Of a stretch of 64,000 nt of DNA, positions 1 through 15,000 are shown one piece after another. The position numbers and the translations under genes are program-made. The notes below the pieces were generated by a model that was given only the letters and a program-made list of their open reading frames with translations, had not been told where the DNA came from and searched no databases. The DNA is taken from the NCBI GenBank assembly GCA_030390025.1, contig CM059432.1, positions 106,642,001 through 106,706,000 on the forward strand. Direction: 5' to 3'. The stretch is from Squalus acanthias (Eukaryota). Position 1 is the stretch's first letter; every line of letters begins with the position of its first letter.

Positions 1-3000
1 CACACACACCCACCGAGCCACGGAGCCTGTGTACACACACACCCCAAGCCCAGGACCCTGTGTACACACAGCCTGAACCCCGTCCCTGTGTACACACACC
101 GCCCCAAGACCCGGACCCTGTGTACACAAACACCCCAAGCCCCGGACCCTGTGTACACATACCCCGAGACCCGGACCCTGTGTACACACACCCCGAGCCA
201 CGGACCCTGAGTACACACAGCCTGACCCCCGAACCCAGGACCTGTGTACACACACACCCCAGAGCCCAGGACCTGTGTACACACACACCCCTAGCCCGAA
301 TCCTGTGTACACACACACCCACCGAGCCACGGAGCCTGTGTACACACACACCCCAAGCCCAGGACCCTGTGTACACACAGCCTGAACCCCGTCCCTGTGT
401 ACACACACCGCCCCAAGACCCGGACCCTGTGTACACAAACACCCCAAGCCCCGGACCCTGTGTACACAGACATCTCGAGACCCTGTCCACACACACCCCG
501 AGCCCAGGACCCTGTGTACACACACACCCCGAGCCACGGACCCTGAGTACACACACACCCTGAGCCCAGGACCCTGTGTACACACACACCCCGAGCCCAG
601 GACCCTGTGTACACACACACACCGAGACACGGACCCTGTGTACACAAACACCCTGAGCACAGGCCCCTGTGTACACACACATCCTGAGCTATGGTCCCTG
701 TGTACATTCACACCCCCGAGACCCGTACCCTGTGCACACACACTCCGAGCCACGGAGCCTGTGTACACACACACCCCAAGCCCAGGACCCTGTGTACACA
801 CACACCCCAAGCCCAGGACCCTGTGTACACACACACACCAAGCCCAGGACCCTGTGTACACACACCCCGAGCCCAGGACCCTGTCCACACAAACAGCGAG
901 CCCAGGACCCTGTGTACACACGCACCCACCGATCCACGGAGCCTGTGTACACACACACCCCAAGCCCCGGACCCTGTGTACACAAACAGTGAGCCCAAGA
1001 CCCTGTGTACACACACACCCACCGAGCCACGGAGCCTGTGTACACACACACCCCAAGCCCAGGACCCTGTGTACACACAGCCTGAACCCCGTCCCTGTGT
1101 ACACACACCGCCCCAAGACCCGGACCCTGTGTACACAAACACCCCAAGCCCCGGACCCTGTGTACACAGACATCTCGAGACCCTGTCCACACACACCCCG
1201 AGCCCAGGACCCTGTGTACACACACACCCCGAGCCACGGACCCTGAGTACACACACACCCTGAGCCCAGGACCCTGTGTACACACACACCCCGAGCCCAG
1301 GACCCTGTGTACACACACACACCGAGACACGGACCCTGAGTACACACACACCCTTAGCCCAGGACCCTGTGTACACACACACCCCGAGCCACGGACCCTG
1401 TGTACACACACACCCCAAGCCCAGGACCCTGTGTACACACACACACCAAGCCCAGGACCCTGTGTACACACACCCCGAGCCCAGGACCCTGTCCACACAA
1501 ACAGCGAGCCCAGGACCCTGTGTACACACACACCCACCGATCCACGGAGCCTGTGTACACACACACCCCAAGCCCCGGACCCTGTGTACACAAACAGTGA
1601 GCCCAAGACCCTGTGTACACACACACCCACCGAGCCACGGAGCCTGTGTACACACACACCCCAAGCCCAGGACCCTGTGTACACAAAAAGCCCCAAGACC
1701 CGGACCCTGTGTACACACACACCCCGAGACCCGGACCCTGTGTACACAAACACCCTGAGCCATGGTCCCTGTGAACATTCACACCCCCGAGACCCGTACC
1801 CTGTGCACAAACACACCGAGCCCCGGACCCTGTCTACACACACACCCACCGAGCCACGGAGCCTGTGTACACACACATCCCTGAACCAAGGACCCTGTGT
1901 ACACACACACCCACCGAGCCACTGAGCCTGTGTACACACACACCCCAAGCCCAGGACCCTGTGTACACACACCCCGAGCCCAGGACCCTGTCCACACAAA
2001 CAGCGAGCCCAGGACCCTGTGTACACACACACCCACCGATCCACGGAGCCTGTGTACACACACACCCCAAGCCCCGGACCCTGTGTACACAAACAGTGAG
2101 CCCAAGACCCTGTGTACACACACACCCCTAACCTGGACCCTGTCCACACACACACACCCCGAGCCCAGGACCCTGTGTACACACACACCCCAAGCCCTGG
2201 ACCCTGAGTACACACACCCCGAGCCCAGGACACTGTGTACACACACACCCCGAGCCACGGACCCTGAGTACACACACACCCTGAGCCCAGGACCCTGTGT
2301 ACACACCCCCCCTGAGCCCAGGACCCTGTGTACACACATCCCGAGCCCCGGACCCTGTGTACACACACACACCGAGCCCTGGACGCTGTGTACACAGACA
2401 TCTCGAGACCCTGTCCACACACACCCCGAGCCCAGGACCCTGTGTACACACACACCCCGAGCCCTGGACCCTGTGTACACACACACCCACCGAGCCACGG
2501 AGCCTGTGTACACACACACACCCCGAGACCCGGACCCTGTGTACACAAACACCCTGAGCACAGGCCCCTGTGTACACACACACCCTGAGCCATGGTGCCT
2601 GTGAACATTCACACCCCCGAGACCCGTACCCTGTGCACAAACACACCGAGCCCCGGAGCCTGTGTACACACACACCCACCGAGCCACGGAGCCTGTGTAC
2701 ACACACACACCCCGAGACCCGGACCCTGTGTACACAAACACCCTGAGCACAGGCCCCTGTGTACACACACACCCTGAGCCATGGTGCCTGTGAACATTCA
2801 CACCCCCGAGACCCGTACCCTGTGCACAAACACACCGAGCCCCGGACCCTGTGTACACACACACCCCAAGCCCCGGACCCTGTGTACACAAACAGTGAGC
2901 CCAAGACCCTGTGTACACACACACCCCGAGCCCAGGACCCTGTGGACACACACCCCGAGCCCAGGACCCTGTGTACACACACACCCCGAGCCCTGGACCC

Positions 3001-6000
3001 TGTGTACACACACACACCGAGCCCAGGACCCTGTGGACACACACCCCGAGCCCAGGACCCTGTGTACACACACACCCCGAGCCCTGGACCCTGTGTACAG
3101 TCACACCCCTAACCCGGACCCTGTGTACACACACACACCGAGCCCTGGACGCTGTGTACACAGACATCTCGAGACCCTGTCCACACACACCCCGAGCCCA
3201 GGACCCTGTGTACACACACACCCCGAGCCCTGGACCCTGTGTACACACACACCCACCGAGCCACGGAGCCTGTGTACACACACACACCCCGAGACCCGGA
3301 CCCTGTGTACACAAACACCCTGAGCACAGGCCCCTGTGTACACACACACCCTGAGCCATGGTGCCTGTGAACATTCACACCCCCGAGACCCGTACCCTGT
3401 GCACAAACACACCGAGCCCCGGAGCCTGTGTACACACACACCCACCGAGCCACGGAGCCTGTGTACACACACACACCCCGAGACCCGGACCCTGTGTACA
3501 CAAACACCCTGAGCACAGGCCCCTGTGTACACACACACCCTGAGCCATGGTGCCTGTGAACATTCACACCCCCGAGACCCGTACCCTGTGCACAAACACA
3601 CCGAGCCCCGGACCCTGTGTACACACACACCCCAAGCCCCGGACCCTGTGTACACAAACAGTGAGCCCAAGACCCTGTGTACACACACACCCCGAGCCCA
3701 GGACCCTGTGGACACACACCCCGAGCCCAGGACCCTGTGTACACACACACCCCGAGCCCTGGACCCTGTGTACACACACACACCGAGCCCAGGACCCTGT
3801 GGACACACACCCCGAGCCCAGGACCCTGTGTACACACACACCCCGAGCCCTGGACCCTGTGTACAGTCACACCCCTAACCCGGACCCTGTCCACACACAC
3901 ACGCCCCGAGCCCAGCACCCTGTGTACACACAGCCTGAACCCCATCCCTGTGTACACACACAGCCCCAAGACCCGGACCCTGTGTACACAAACAGTGAGC
4001 CCAAGACCCTGTGTACACACACACCCCGAGCCCAGGACCCTGTGGACACACACCCCGAGCCCCAGACCCTGTGTACACACACACACCGAGCCCTGGACCC
4101 TGTGTACACACACATCCTGAGCCATGGTCCCTGTGTACAGTCACACCCCTAACCCGGACCCTGTCCACACACACACACCCCGAGCCCAGCACCCTGAGTA
4201 CACACACACCCCAAGCCCCGGACCCTGTGCACAAACACACCGAGCCCCGGACCCTGTGTACACACACACCCCAAGCCCAGGACCCTGTGTACACACACCC
4301 CGAGCCCAGGACCCTGTCCACACAAACAGCGAGCCCTGGACCCTGTGTACACACACACACCGAGCCCAGGACCCTGTGTACACACACCCACCGAGCCACG
4401 GAGCCTGTGTACACACACACCCCAAGCCCAGGACCCTGTGTACACAAACACCCTGAGCACAGGCCCCTGTGTACACACACACCCTGAGCCATGGTCCCTG
4501 TGAACATTCACACCCCCGAGACCCGTACCCTGTGCACAAACACACCGAGCCCCGGACCCTGTGTACACACACACCCCCAACCTGGACCCTGTCCACACAC
4601 ACACACCCCGAGCCCAGGACCCTGTGTACACACACACCCCAAGCCCTGGACCCTGAGTACACACACCCCGAGCCCAGGACACTGTGTACACACACACCCC
4701 GAGCCCAGGACCCTGTGTACACACACCCCGAGCCCTGGACCCTGTGTGCACACACATCCTGAGCCATGGTCCCTGTGTACAGTCACACCCCTAACCCGGA
4801 CCCTGTCCACACACACACACCCCGAGCCCAGCACCCTGAGTACACACACACCCCGAGCCCAGGACCCTGTGTACACACACCCCGAGCCACGGACCCTGTA
4901 CACACACACCCGAGCCACGGACCCTGAGTACACACACCCCGAGCCACGGACCCTGAGTACACACACCCCGAGCCNNNNNNNNNNNNNNNNNNNNNNNNNN
5001 NNNNNNNNNNNNNNNNNNNNNNNNNNNNNNNNNNNNNNNNNNNNNNNNNNNNNNNNNNNNNNNNNNNNNNNNNNNNNNNNNNNNNNNNNNNNNNNNNNNN
5101 NNNNNNNNNNNNNNNNNNNNNNNNNNNNNNNNNNNNNNNNNNNNNNNNNNNNNNNNNNNNNNNNNNNNNNNNNNGACCCTGTGTACACACACACCACGAG
5201 CCCAGGACCCTGTGTACACACACCCCGAGCCCCGGACCCTGTGTACACACACACACCGAGCCCTGGACCCTGTGTACACACACATCCCCAAGACCCGGAA
5301 CCTGTGTACACAATAACCGGGCCCACGAACCTGTGTACACAAACAGCAAGCCCAAGACCCTGTGTAACACACATCCCCGAGATCCGGACACTGTGTACAC
5401 AAACACCGAGCCCAGGACCCTGTGTACACACACTCCCGGATTCCCGGAACCTGTGGACACACACCTCAAGCCCCAGACCCTGTGAACACACACACACCCC
5501 GAGCCCCGGAACCTGTGAACACACACACACCCCGAGCCCAGGACCCTGTGTACACACACACATCCCGGACCCCGGACCCTGTGTACACACACATCCCTGA
5601 ACCAAGGACTCTGTGTACACACACATCTCGAGACCCTGTCCACGCAAACAGCGAGCCCAGGACCCTGTGTACACACACTCCCGGAATCCCAGATCCTGTG
5701 TACACACACCCCGAGCCCAGGACCCTGTGTACACACACCCCGAGCCCAGGACCCTGTGTACACACACTCCCGGAATCCCAGATCCTGTGTACACACACCC
5801 CGAGCCCAGGACCCTGTGTACACACACCCCGAGCCCAGGACCCTGTGTACACACACCCCGAGCCCAGGACCCTGTGTACACACACCCCGAGCCCAGGACC
5901 CTGTGTACACACACCCCGAGCCCAGGACCCTGTGTACACACACCCCGAGCCCCGGACCCTGTGTACACACACACACACTGATCCCAGGACCCTGTGTACA

Positions 6001-9000
6001 CACACATCACCGAGACCCGGTCCCGGTGTACACAAACACTAAGCCCAGAACCCTGTGTACACACACCCCGAACCCCGGACCCTGTGTACACACACACACA
6101 CTGATCCCTGGACCCTGTGTACACACAGCCTGACCTCCGAACCCAGGACCTGTCTACACACAAACCCCCAGCCCTGGATCCTGTGTACACACACCCCAAG
6201 CCCCGGACCGTGTGTACACACACAAACACTAAGCCCAGGACCCTGTAAACACACACCCCGAGCCCAGGACCCTGTGTACACACACATCACCGAGACCCGG
6301 TCCCGGTGTACACAAACACTAAGCCCAGAACCCTGTGTACACACACCCCGAACCCCGGACCCTGTGTACACACACTCCCGGAATCCCAGATCCTGTGTAC
6401 ACACACCCCGAGCCACGGTCCCTGTCCACACACACCCCGAGCCCAGGATCCTGAGTACACACACACCCTGAGCCCAGGACCCTGTGTACACACACATCCT
6501 GAGCCATGGTCCCTGTGTACAGTCACACCCCCGAGACCCGTACCCTGTGCACAAACACACCGAGCCCCGGAGCCTGTGTACACACACACCCACCGAGCCA
6601 CGGAGCCTGTGTACACACACACCCCAAGCCCAGGACCCTGTGTACACACAGCCTGAACCCCATCCCTGTGTACACACACAGCCCCAAGACCCGGACCCTG
6701 TGTACACACACACACCCCGAGACCCGGACCCTGTGTACACAAACACCCTGAGCACAGGCCCCTGTGTACACACACACCCTGAGCCATGGTGCCTGTGAAC
6801 ATTCACACCCCGAGCCCAGGACCCTGTGGACACACACCCCGAGCCCAGGACCCTGTGTACACACACACCCCGAGCCCTGGACCCTGTGTACACACACACA
6901 CCGAGCCCAGGACCCTGTGTACACACACCCACCGAGCCACGGAGCCTGTGTACACACACACCCCGAGACCCGGACCCTGTGTACACAAACACCCTGAGCA
7001 CAGGCCCCTGTGTACACACACACCCTGAGCCATGGTCCCTGTGAACATTCACACCCCCGAGACCCGTACCCTGTGCACAAACACACCGAGCCCCGGACCC
7101 TGTGTGCACACACACCCCAAGCCCTGGACCCTGAGTACACACACCCCGAGCCCAGGACCCTGTGTACACACACACCCCAAGCCCTGGACCCTGAGTACAC
7201 ACACCCCGAGCCCAGGACCCTGTGTACACACACACCCCAAGCCCTGGACCCTGTGTACACACACCCCGAGCCCCAGACCCTGAGTACACACACCCCGAGC
7301 CCAGGACCCTGTGTACACACACACCCCGAGCCCAGGACCCTGTGTACACACACCCCAGACCCTTGTACACACACACCCCGAGAGACCCGGAACCCTGTGT
7401 ACACAAACACCCTGAGCACAGCCCCTGTGTACACACACACGCCTGAGCCATGGTCCCTGTGAACATTCACACCCCCGAGACCCGTACCCTGTGCACAAAC
7501 ACACCGAGCCCCGGACCCTGTGTACACACACACCCCAAGCCCCGGACCTGTGTACACACACACACCGAGCCCTGGACCCTGTGTACACACAGCCTGACCC
7601 CCGAACCCAGGACCTGTGTGTACACACACCCCGAGCCCAGGACCCTGTGTACACACACACCACGAGCCCAGGACCCTGTGTACACACACACCACGAGCCC
7701 AAGACCCTGTGTACACACACACCCCGAGCCCAGGACCCTGTGTACACACACACCCCGAGCCCCGGACCCTGTGTACACACACACACCGAGCCCTGGACCC
7801 TGTGTACACACAGCCTGACCCCCGAACCCAGGACCTGTGTGTACACACACCCCGAGCCCAGGACCCTGTGTACACACACACCACGAGCCCAGGACCCTGT
7901 GTACACACACACCACGAGCCCAGGACCCTGTGCACACACACACCCCGAGCCCAGGACCCTGTGTACACACACATCTCCAAGACCCGGAACCTGTGTACAC
8001 AATAACCGGGCCCACGAACCTGTGTACACAAACAGCAAGCCCAAGACCCTGTGTAACACACATCCCCGAGATCCGGACACTGTGTACACAAACACCGAGC
8101 ACAGGACCCTGAGCACACACACACACACCGAGCCCTGGACCCTGTGTATACTCACCGCAAACCCCGGACCCTGTGTACACTCACACCCCAGAGCAATGGA
8201 ACCTGTGTACTCTCACACCCCGAGCCATGGACCGTGTGTACAAACACCCCGAGCCCCGGACCCTGTGTACACACACTCCCGGATTCCCGGAACCTGTGAA
8301 CACACACACACCCCGAGCCCCGGACCCTGTGAACACACACACACCCCGAGCCCAGGACCCTGTGTACACACACACATCCCGGACCCCGGACCCTGTGTAC
8401 ACACACATCCCTGAACCAAGGACTCTGTGTACACACACATCTCGAGACCCTGTCCACGCAAACAGCGAGCCCAGGACCCTGTGTACACACACTCCCGGAA
8501 TCCCAGATCCTGTGTACACACACCCCGAGCCACGGTCCCTGTGTCCACACACATCCCTGAGACCCGGACACTGTGTATACACACCCCGAGCCCAGGACAC
8601 TATGTACACACACACCCCAGCCCAGGTCCCTGTGTACACACACACCCCGAGCCCAGGACCCTGTCCACACAAACAGCGAGACCCGGACCCTGTGTACACA
8701 CACTCCCCGAGCCCCGGACCGTGTGTACACACACAAACACTAAGCCCAGGACCCTGTAAACACACACCCCGAGCCCAGGACCCTGTGTACACACACATCA
8801 CCGAGACCCGGTCCCGGTGTACACAAACACTAAGCCCAGAACCCTGTGTACACACACTCCGAGCCCCGGACCGTGTGTACACACACAAACACTAAGCCCA
8901 GGACCCTGTAAACACACACCCCGAGCCCAGGACCCTGTGTACACACACATCTCTGAGACCCGGACCCTGTGTACACACACCCCGAGCCCAGGACCCTGTG

Positions 9001-12000
9001 TACACACACCCCGAGCCCAGGACCCTGTGTACACACACATCACCGAGACCCGGTCCCGGTGTACACAAACACTAAGCCCAGAACCCTGTGTACACACACC
9101 CCGAACCCCGCACCCTGTGTACACACAAACCCCCAGCCCTGGATCCTGTGTGCACACCCCGAACCCCGGACCCTGTGTACACACACACACACTGATCCCT
9201 GGACCCTGTGTACACACAGCCTGACCTCCGAACCCAGGACCTGTGTACACACAAACCCCCAGCCCTGGATCCTGTGTACACACACCCTGAGCCCAGGACC
9301 CTGTGTACACACACACCCCGAGCCCAGGACCCTGTGTACACACACATCCCCGAGACCCGGACCCTGTGTATACAAACCCCGAGCCCAGGACCCTGAGCAC
9401 ACACACCCTGAGCCCAGGACCCTGTGTACACACACACCCCGAGCCCAGGTCCCTGTGTACACACACACCCCAAGCCCAGGACCCTGTGTACACACAGCCT
9501 GACCCCCGAACCCAGGACCTGTGTACACACACACCCCAGAGCAATGGAACCTGTGTACACTCACATCCCCGAGCCCCGGACCCTGTGTACACACACATCT
9601 CGAGACCCTGTCCACACAATCACCGAGCCCAGGACCCTGAGCACACACACCCCGAGCCCAGGACCCTGTGTATACACACCCCGAGCCCAGGACCCTGTGT
9701 ACACACACATCCCCGAGACCCGGACCCTGTGTATACAAACCCCGAGCCCCGGACCCTGTGTAGGCCCACGAACCTGTGTACACAAACAGCAAGCCCAAGA
9801 CCCTGTGTAACACACATCCCCGAGATCCGGACACTGTGTACACACACACCCCGAACCCCAGACCCTGTGTATTAACAACCCGAGCCCAGGACCCTGTGTA
9901 CACCCCCCCCCCCCGAGCCACGGTCCCTGTGTACACAAACACCCCAGAGCAATGGAACCTGTGTACACTCACATCCCCGAGCCCCGGACCCTGTGTACAC
10001 ACACATCTTGAGACCCTGTCCACACAATCACCGAGCCCAGGACCCTGTGTATACACACCCCGAGCCCAGGTCCCTGTGTACACAAACACCCCGAGCCCCG
10101 GACCCTGTGTACACACACAGCCCGAGCCCCGGACCCTGTGTACCGCCCACCCTGAGCCCAGGACCCTGTGTACACACACCCCGAACCCCAGACCCTGTGT
10201 ATACACACCCCGAGCCACGGTCCCTGTGTACACAAACACCCTGACTCCCGAACCCAGGACCTGTGTACACACACATCTCGAGACCCTGTCCACACAATCA
10301 CCGAGCCCCGGACCCTGTGTACCGCCCACCCCGAGCCCAGGACCCTGTGTACACACACACACACTGATCCCTGGACCCTGTGTACACACAGCCTGACCCC
10401 CGAACCCAGGACCTGTGTACACACATACTCCGAGCCCTGGATCCTGTGCACACACACCCCAAGCCCAGGACCCTGTGTACACACACATCTCCGAGACCCG
10501 GACCCTGTGTACACAAACACTGAGCCCAGGACCCTGTGTACACACACATCTCCGAGACCCGGACCCTGTGTACACAAACACTGAGCCCAGGACCCTGTGT
10601 ACACACACATCTCCGAGACCCGGACCCTGTGTACACAAACACTGAGCCCAGGACCCTGTGTACACACACATCTCGAGACCCTGTCCACACAATCACCGAG
10701 CCCCGGACCCTGTGTACCGCCCACCCCGAGCCCAGGACCCTGTGTACACACACACACACTGATCCCTGGACCCTGTGTACACACAGCCTGACCCCCGAAC
10801 CCAGGACCTGTGTACACACATACTCCGAGCCCTGGATCCTGTGCACACACACCCCAAGCCCAGGACCCTGTGTACACACACATCTCCGAGACCCGGACCC
10901 TGTGTACACAAACACTGAGCCCAGGACCCTGTGTACACACACATCTCCGAGACCCGGACCCTGTGTACACAAACACTGAGCCCAGGACCCTGTGTACACA
11001 CACACACTGAGCCCAGGATTCTGTGTACACAAACACCGAGCCCAGGACCCTGTGTACACAAACACTAAGCCCAGGACCCTGTGTACACACACCCCGAACC
11101 CTGTGTACACACACATCTCCGAGACCCGGACCCTGTGTACACAAACACTGAGCCCAGGACCCTGTGTACACACACACACTGAGCCCAGGATTCTGTGTAC
11201 ACAAACACCGAGCCCAGGACCCTGTGTACACAAACACTAAGCCCAGGACCCTGTGTACACACACCCCGAACCCTGTGTACACACACATCTCCGAGACCCG
11301 GACCCTGTGTACACAAACACGGAGCCCAGGACCCTGTGTACACACACACACTGCGCCCAGGACTCTGTGTACACACACACCCCGAGATCCGGTCCCTGTG
11401 TACACACACACCCCAAGCCCCGGACCCTGTGTACACAAACACTAAGCCCAGGACCCTGTGTACACACACACACACTGATCCCCGGTCCCTGTGTACACAC
11501 AAAGTCCGAACCCCGGATCCTGTGTACACACACCCCGAGCCCAGGACCCTGTGTACACACACATCTCCGAGACCTGGACCCTGTGTACACACACACTGAG
11601 CCCAGGACCCTGTGTACACACACACCCCGAGCCACGGTCCCTGTGTACACACACACACACACTGATCCCCGGTCCCTGTGTACACACACACACACTGATC
11701 CCTGGACCCTGTGTACACACAGCCTGACCCCCGAACCCAGGACCTGTGTACACACACACCCCAGAGCAATGGAACCTGTGTACACAAACACTAAGCCCAG
11801 GACCCTGTGTACACACACCCCAAGCCCCGGACACTATGTACACACACACCCCAAGCCCCGGACACTATGTACACACACACCCCAGCCCAGGTCCCTGTGT
11901 ACACACACCCCGAGCCCAGAACCCTGTGTATACTCACCTCAAACCCCGGACCCTGTGTACACACACACACCCCGAGCCCAGGACCCTGTGTACACACACA

Positions 12001-15000
12001 CACCGAGCCCAGGATCCTGTGTACACACACACCCCGAGCCCAGGTCCCTGTGTACACACACACCCCGAGCCCAGGTCCCTGTGTACACACACACCCCAAG
12101 CCCAGGACCCTGTGATCACACGCAACCCGAGCCCAGGTCCCTGTGTACACACAGCCTGACCCCCGAACCCAGGACCTGTGTACACACACACCCCAGAGTA
12201 ATGGAACCTGTGTACACTCACATCCCCGAGCCCCGGACCCTGTGTACACACACATCCCCGAGACCCGGACCCTGTGTATACAAACCCCGAGCCCAGGACC
12301 CTGAGCACACACACCCTGAGCCCAGGACCCTGTGTACACACACACCCCGAGCCCAGGTCCCTGTGTACACACACACCCCAAGCCCAGGACCCTGTGTACA
12401 CACAGCCTGACCCCCGAACCCAGGACCTGTGTACACACACACCCCAGAGCAATGGAACCTGTGTACACTCACATCCCCGAGCCCCGGACCCTGTGTACAC
12501 ACACATCTCGAGACCCTGTCCACAGAATCACCGAGCCCAGGACCCTGAGCACACACACCCCGAGCCCAGGACCCTGTGTATACACACCCCGAGCCCAGGA
12601 CCCTGTGTACACACACATCCCCGAGACCCGGACCCTGTGTATACAAACCCCGAGCCCCGGACCCTGTGTAGGCCCACGAACCTGTGTACACAAACAGCAA
12701 GCCCAAGACCCTGTGTAACACACATCCCCGAGATCCGGACACTGTGTACACACACACCCCGAACCCCAGACCCTGTGTATTAACAACCCGAGCCCAGGAC
12801 CCTGTGTACACCACCCCCCACCGAGCCACGGTCCCTGTGTACACAAACACCCCAGAGCAATGGAACCTGTGTACACTCACATCCCCGAGCCCCGGACCCT
12901 GTGTACACACACATCTTGAGACCCTGTCCACACAATCACCGAGCCCAGGACCCTGTGTACACACACCCCGAACCCCAGACCCTGTGTATACACACCCCGA
13001 GCCACGGTCCCTGTGTACACAAACACCCTGACCCCCGAACCCAGGACCTGTGTACGCACACACCCCGAGACCCGGTCCCTGTGTACACAAACACCGAGCC
13101 CAGGACCCTGTGTACACACACCCTGAGCCCCGGACCCTGTGTACACACATACCCTGAGCCCCGGACCCTGTGTACACACACATCTCCGAGACCCGGTCCC
13201 TGTGTACACAAACACCGAGCCCAGGACCCTGAGCACACACACACCCCGAACACCGGACCCTGTGCACAGACACCCCGAACCCCGGACCCTGTGCACAGAC
13301 ACCCCGAACCCCGGACCCTGTGTACACACACACACCCCGAGCCCAGGACCCTGAGCACACACACACCCCGAACACCGGACCCTGTGTACACACACCCGAA
13401 CCCCGGACCCTGTGTACACAAACACCGAGCCCAGGACCCTGAGCACACACACACCCCGAACCCCGGACCCTGTGCACAGACACCCCGAACCCCGGACCCT
13501 GTGTACACACACACACCCCGAGCCCAGGACCCTGAGCACACACACACCCCGAACACTGGACCCTGTGTACACACACCCGAACCCCGGACCCTGTGTACAC
13601 AAACACCGAGCCCAGGACCCTGAGCACACACACACCCCGAGCCCCAGACCCTGTGTACACACACACCCCGAGCCCCGGACCCTGTGTACAAACACCCCGA
13701 GCCCCGGACCCTGTGTATACACACCCCGAGCCCCGGACACTGTGTATACACAGCCCGAACCCCGGACCCTGTGTACACACACACACACTGATCCCTGGAC
13801 CCTGTGTACACACAGCCTGACCCCCGAACCCAGGACCTGTGTACACACACCCCGAACCCCGGACCCTGTGCACAGACACCCCGAACCCCGGACCCTGTGT
13901 ACACACACACACCCCGAGCCCAGGACCCTGTGTACACACACACACCGAGCCCAGGATCCTGTGTACACACACACCCCGAGCCCCAGACCCTGTGTACACA
14001 CACACCCCGAGCCCCGGACCCTGTGTACAAACACCCCGAGCCCCGGACCCTGTGTATACACACCCCGAGCCCCGGACCCTGTGTATACACAGCCCGAACC
14101 CCGGACCCTGTGTACACACACACACACTGATCCCTGGACCCTGTGTACACACAGCCTGACCCCCGAACCCAGGACCTGTGTAACACACACCCCGAACCCC
14201 GGACCCTGTGCACAGACACCCCGAACCCCGGACCCTGTGTACACACACACACCCCGAGCCCAGGACCCTGAGCACACACACACCCCGAACACCGGACCCT
14301 GTGTACACACACCCGAACCCCGGACCCTGTGTACACAAACACCGAGCCCAGGACCCTGAGCACACACACACCCCGAGCCCCGGACCCTGTGTACAAACAC
14401 CCCGAGCCCCGGACCCTGTGTATACACACCCCGAGCCCCGGACCCTGTGTATACACAGCCCGAACCCCGGACCCTGTGTACACACACACACACTGATCCC
14501 TGGACCCTGTGTACACACAGCCTGACCCCCGAACCCAGGACCTGTGTACACACACCCCGAACCCCGGACCCTGTGCACAGACACCCCGAACCCCGGACCC
14601 TGTGTACACACACACACCCCGAGCCCAGGACCCTGTGTACACACACACACCGAGCCCAGGATCCTGTGTACACACACACCCGAGCCCAGGTCCCTGTGTA
14701 CACACACACCCCAAGCCCAGGACCCTGTGATCACATGCAACCCGAGCCCAGGTCCCTGTGTACACACAGCCTGACCCCTGAACCCAGGACCTGTGTACAC
14801 ACACACCCCAGAGTAATGGAACCTGTGTACACTCACATCCCCGAGCCCCGGACCCTGTGTACACACACATCCCCGAGACCCGGACCCTGTGTATACAAAC
14901 CCCGAGCCCAGGACCCTGAGCACACACACCCTGAGCCCAGGACCCTGTGTACACACACACCCCGAGCCCAGGATCCTGTGTACACACACCCCCCAAGCCC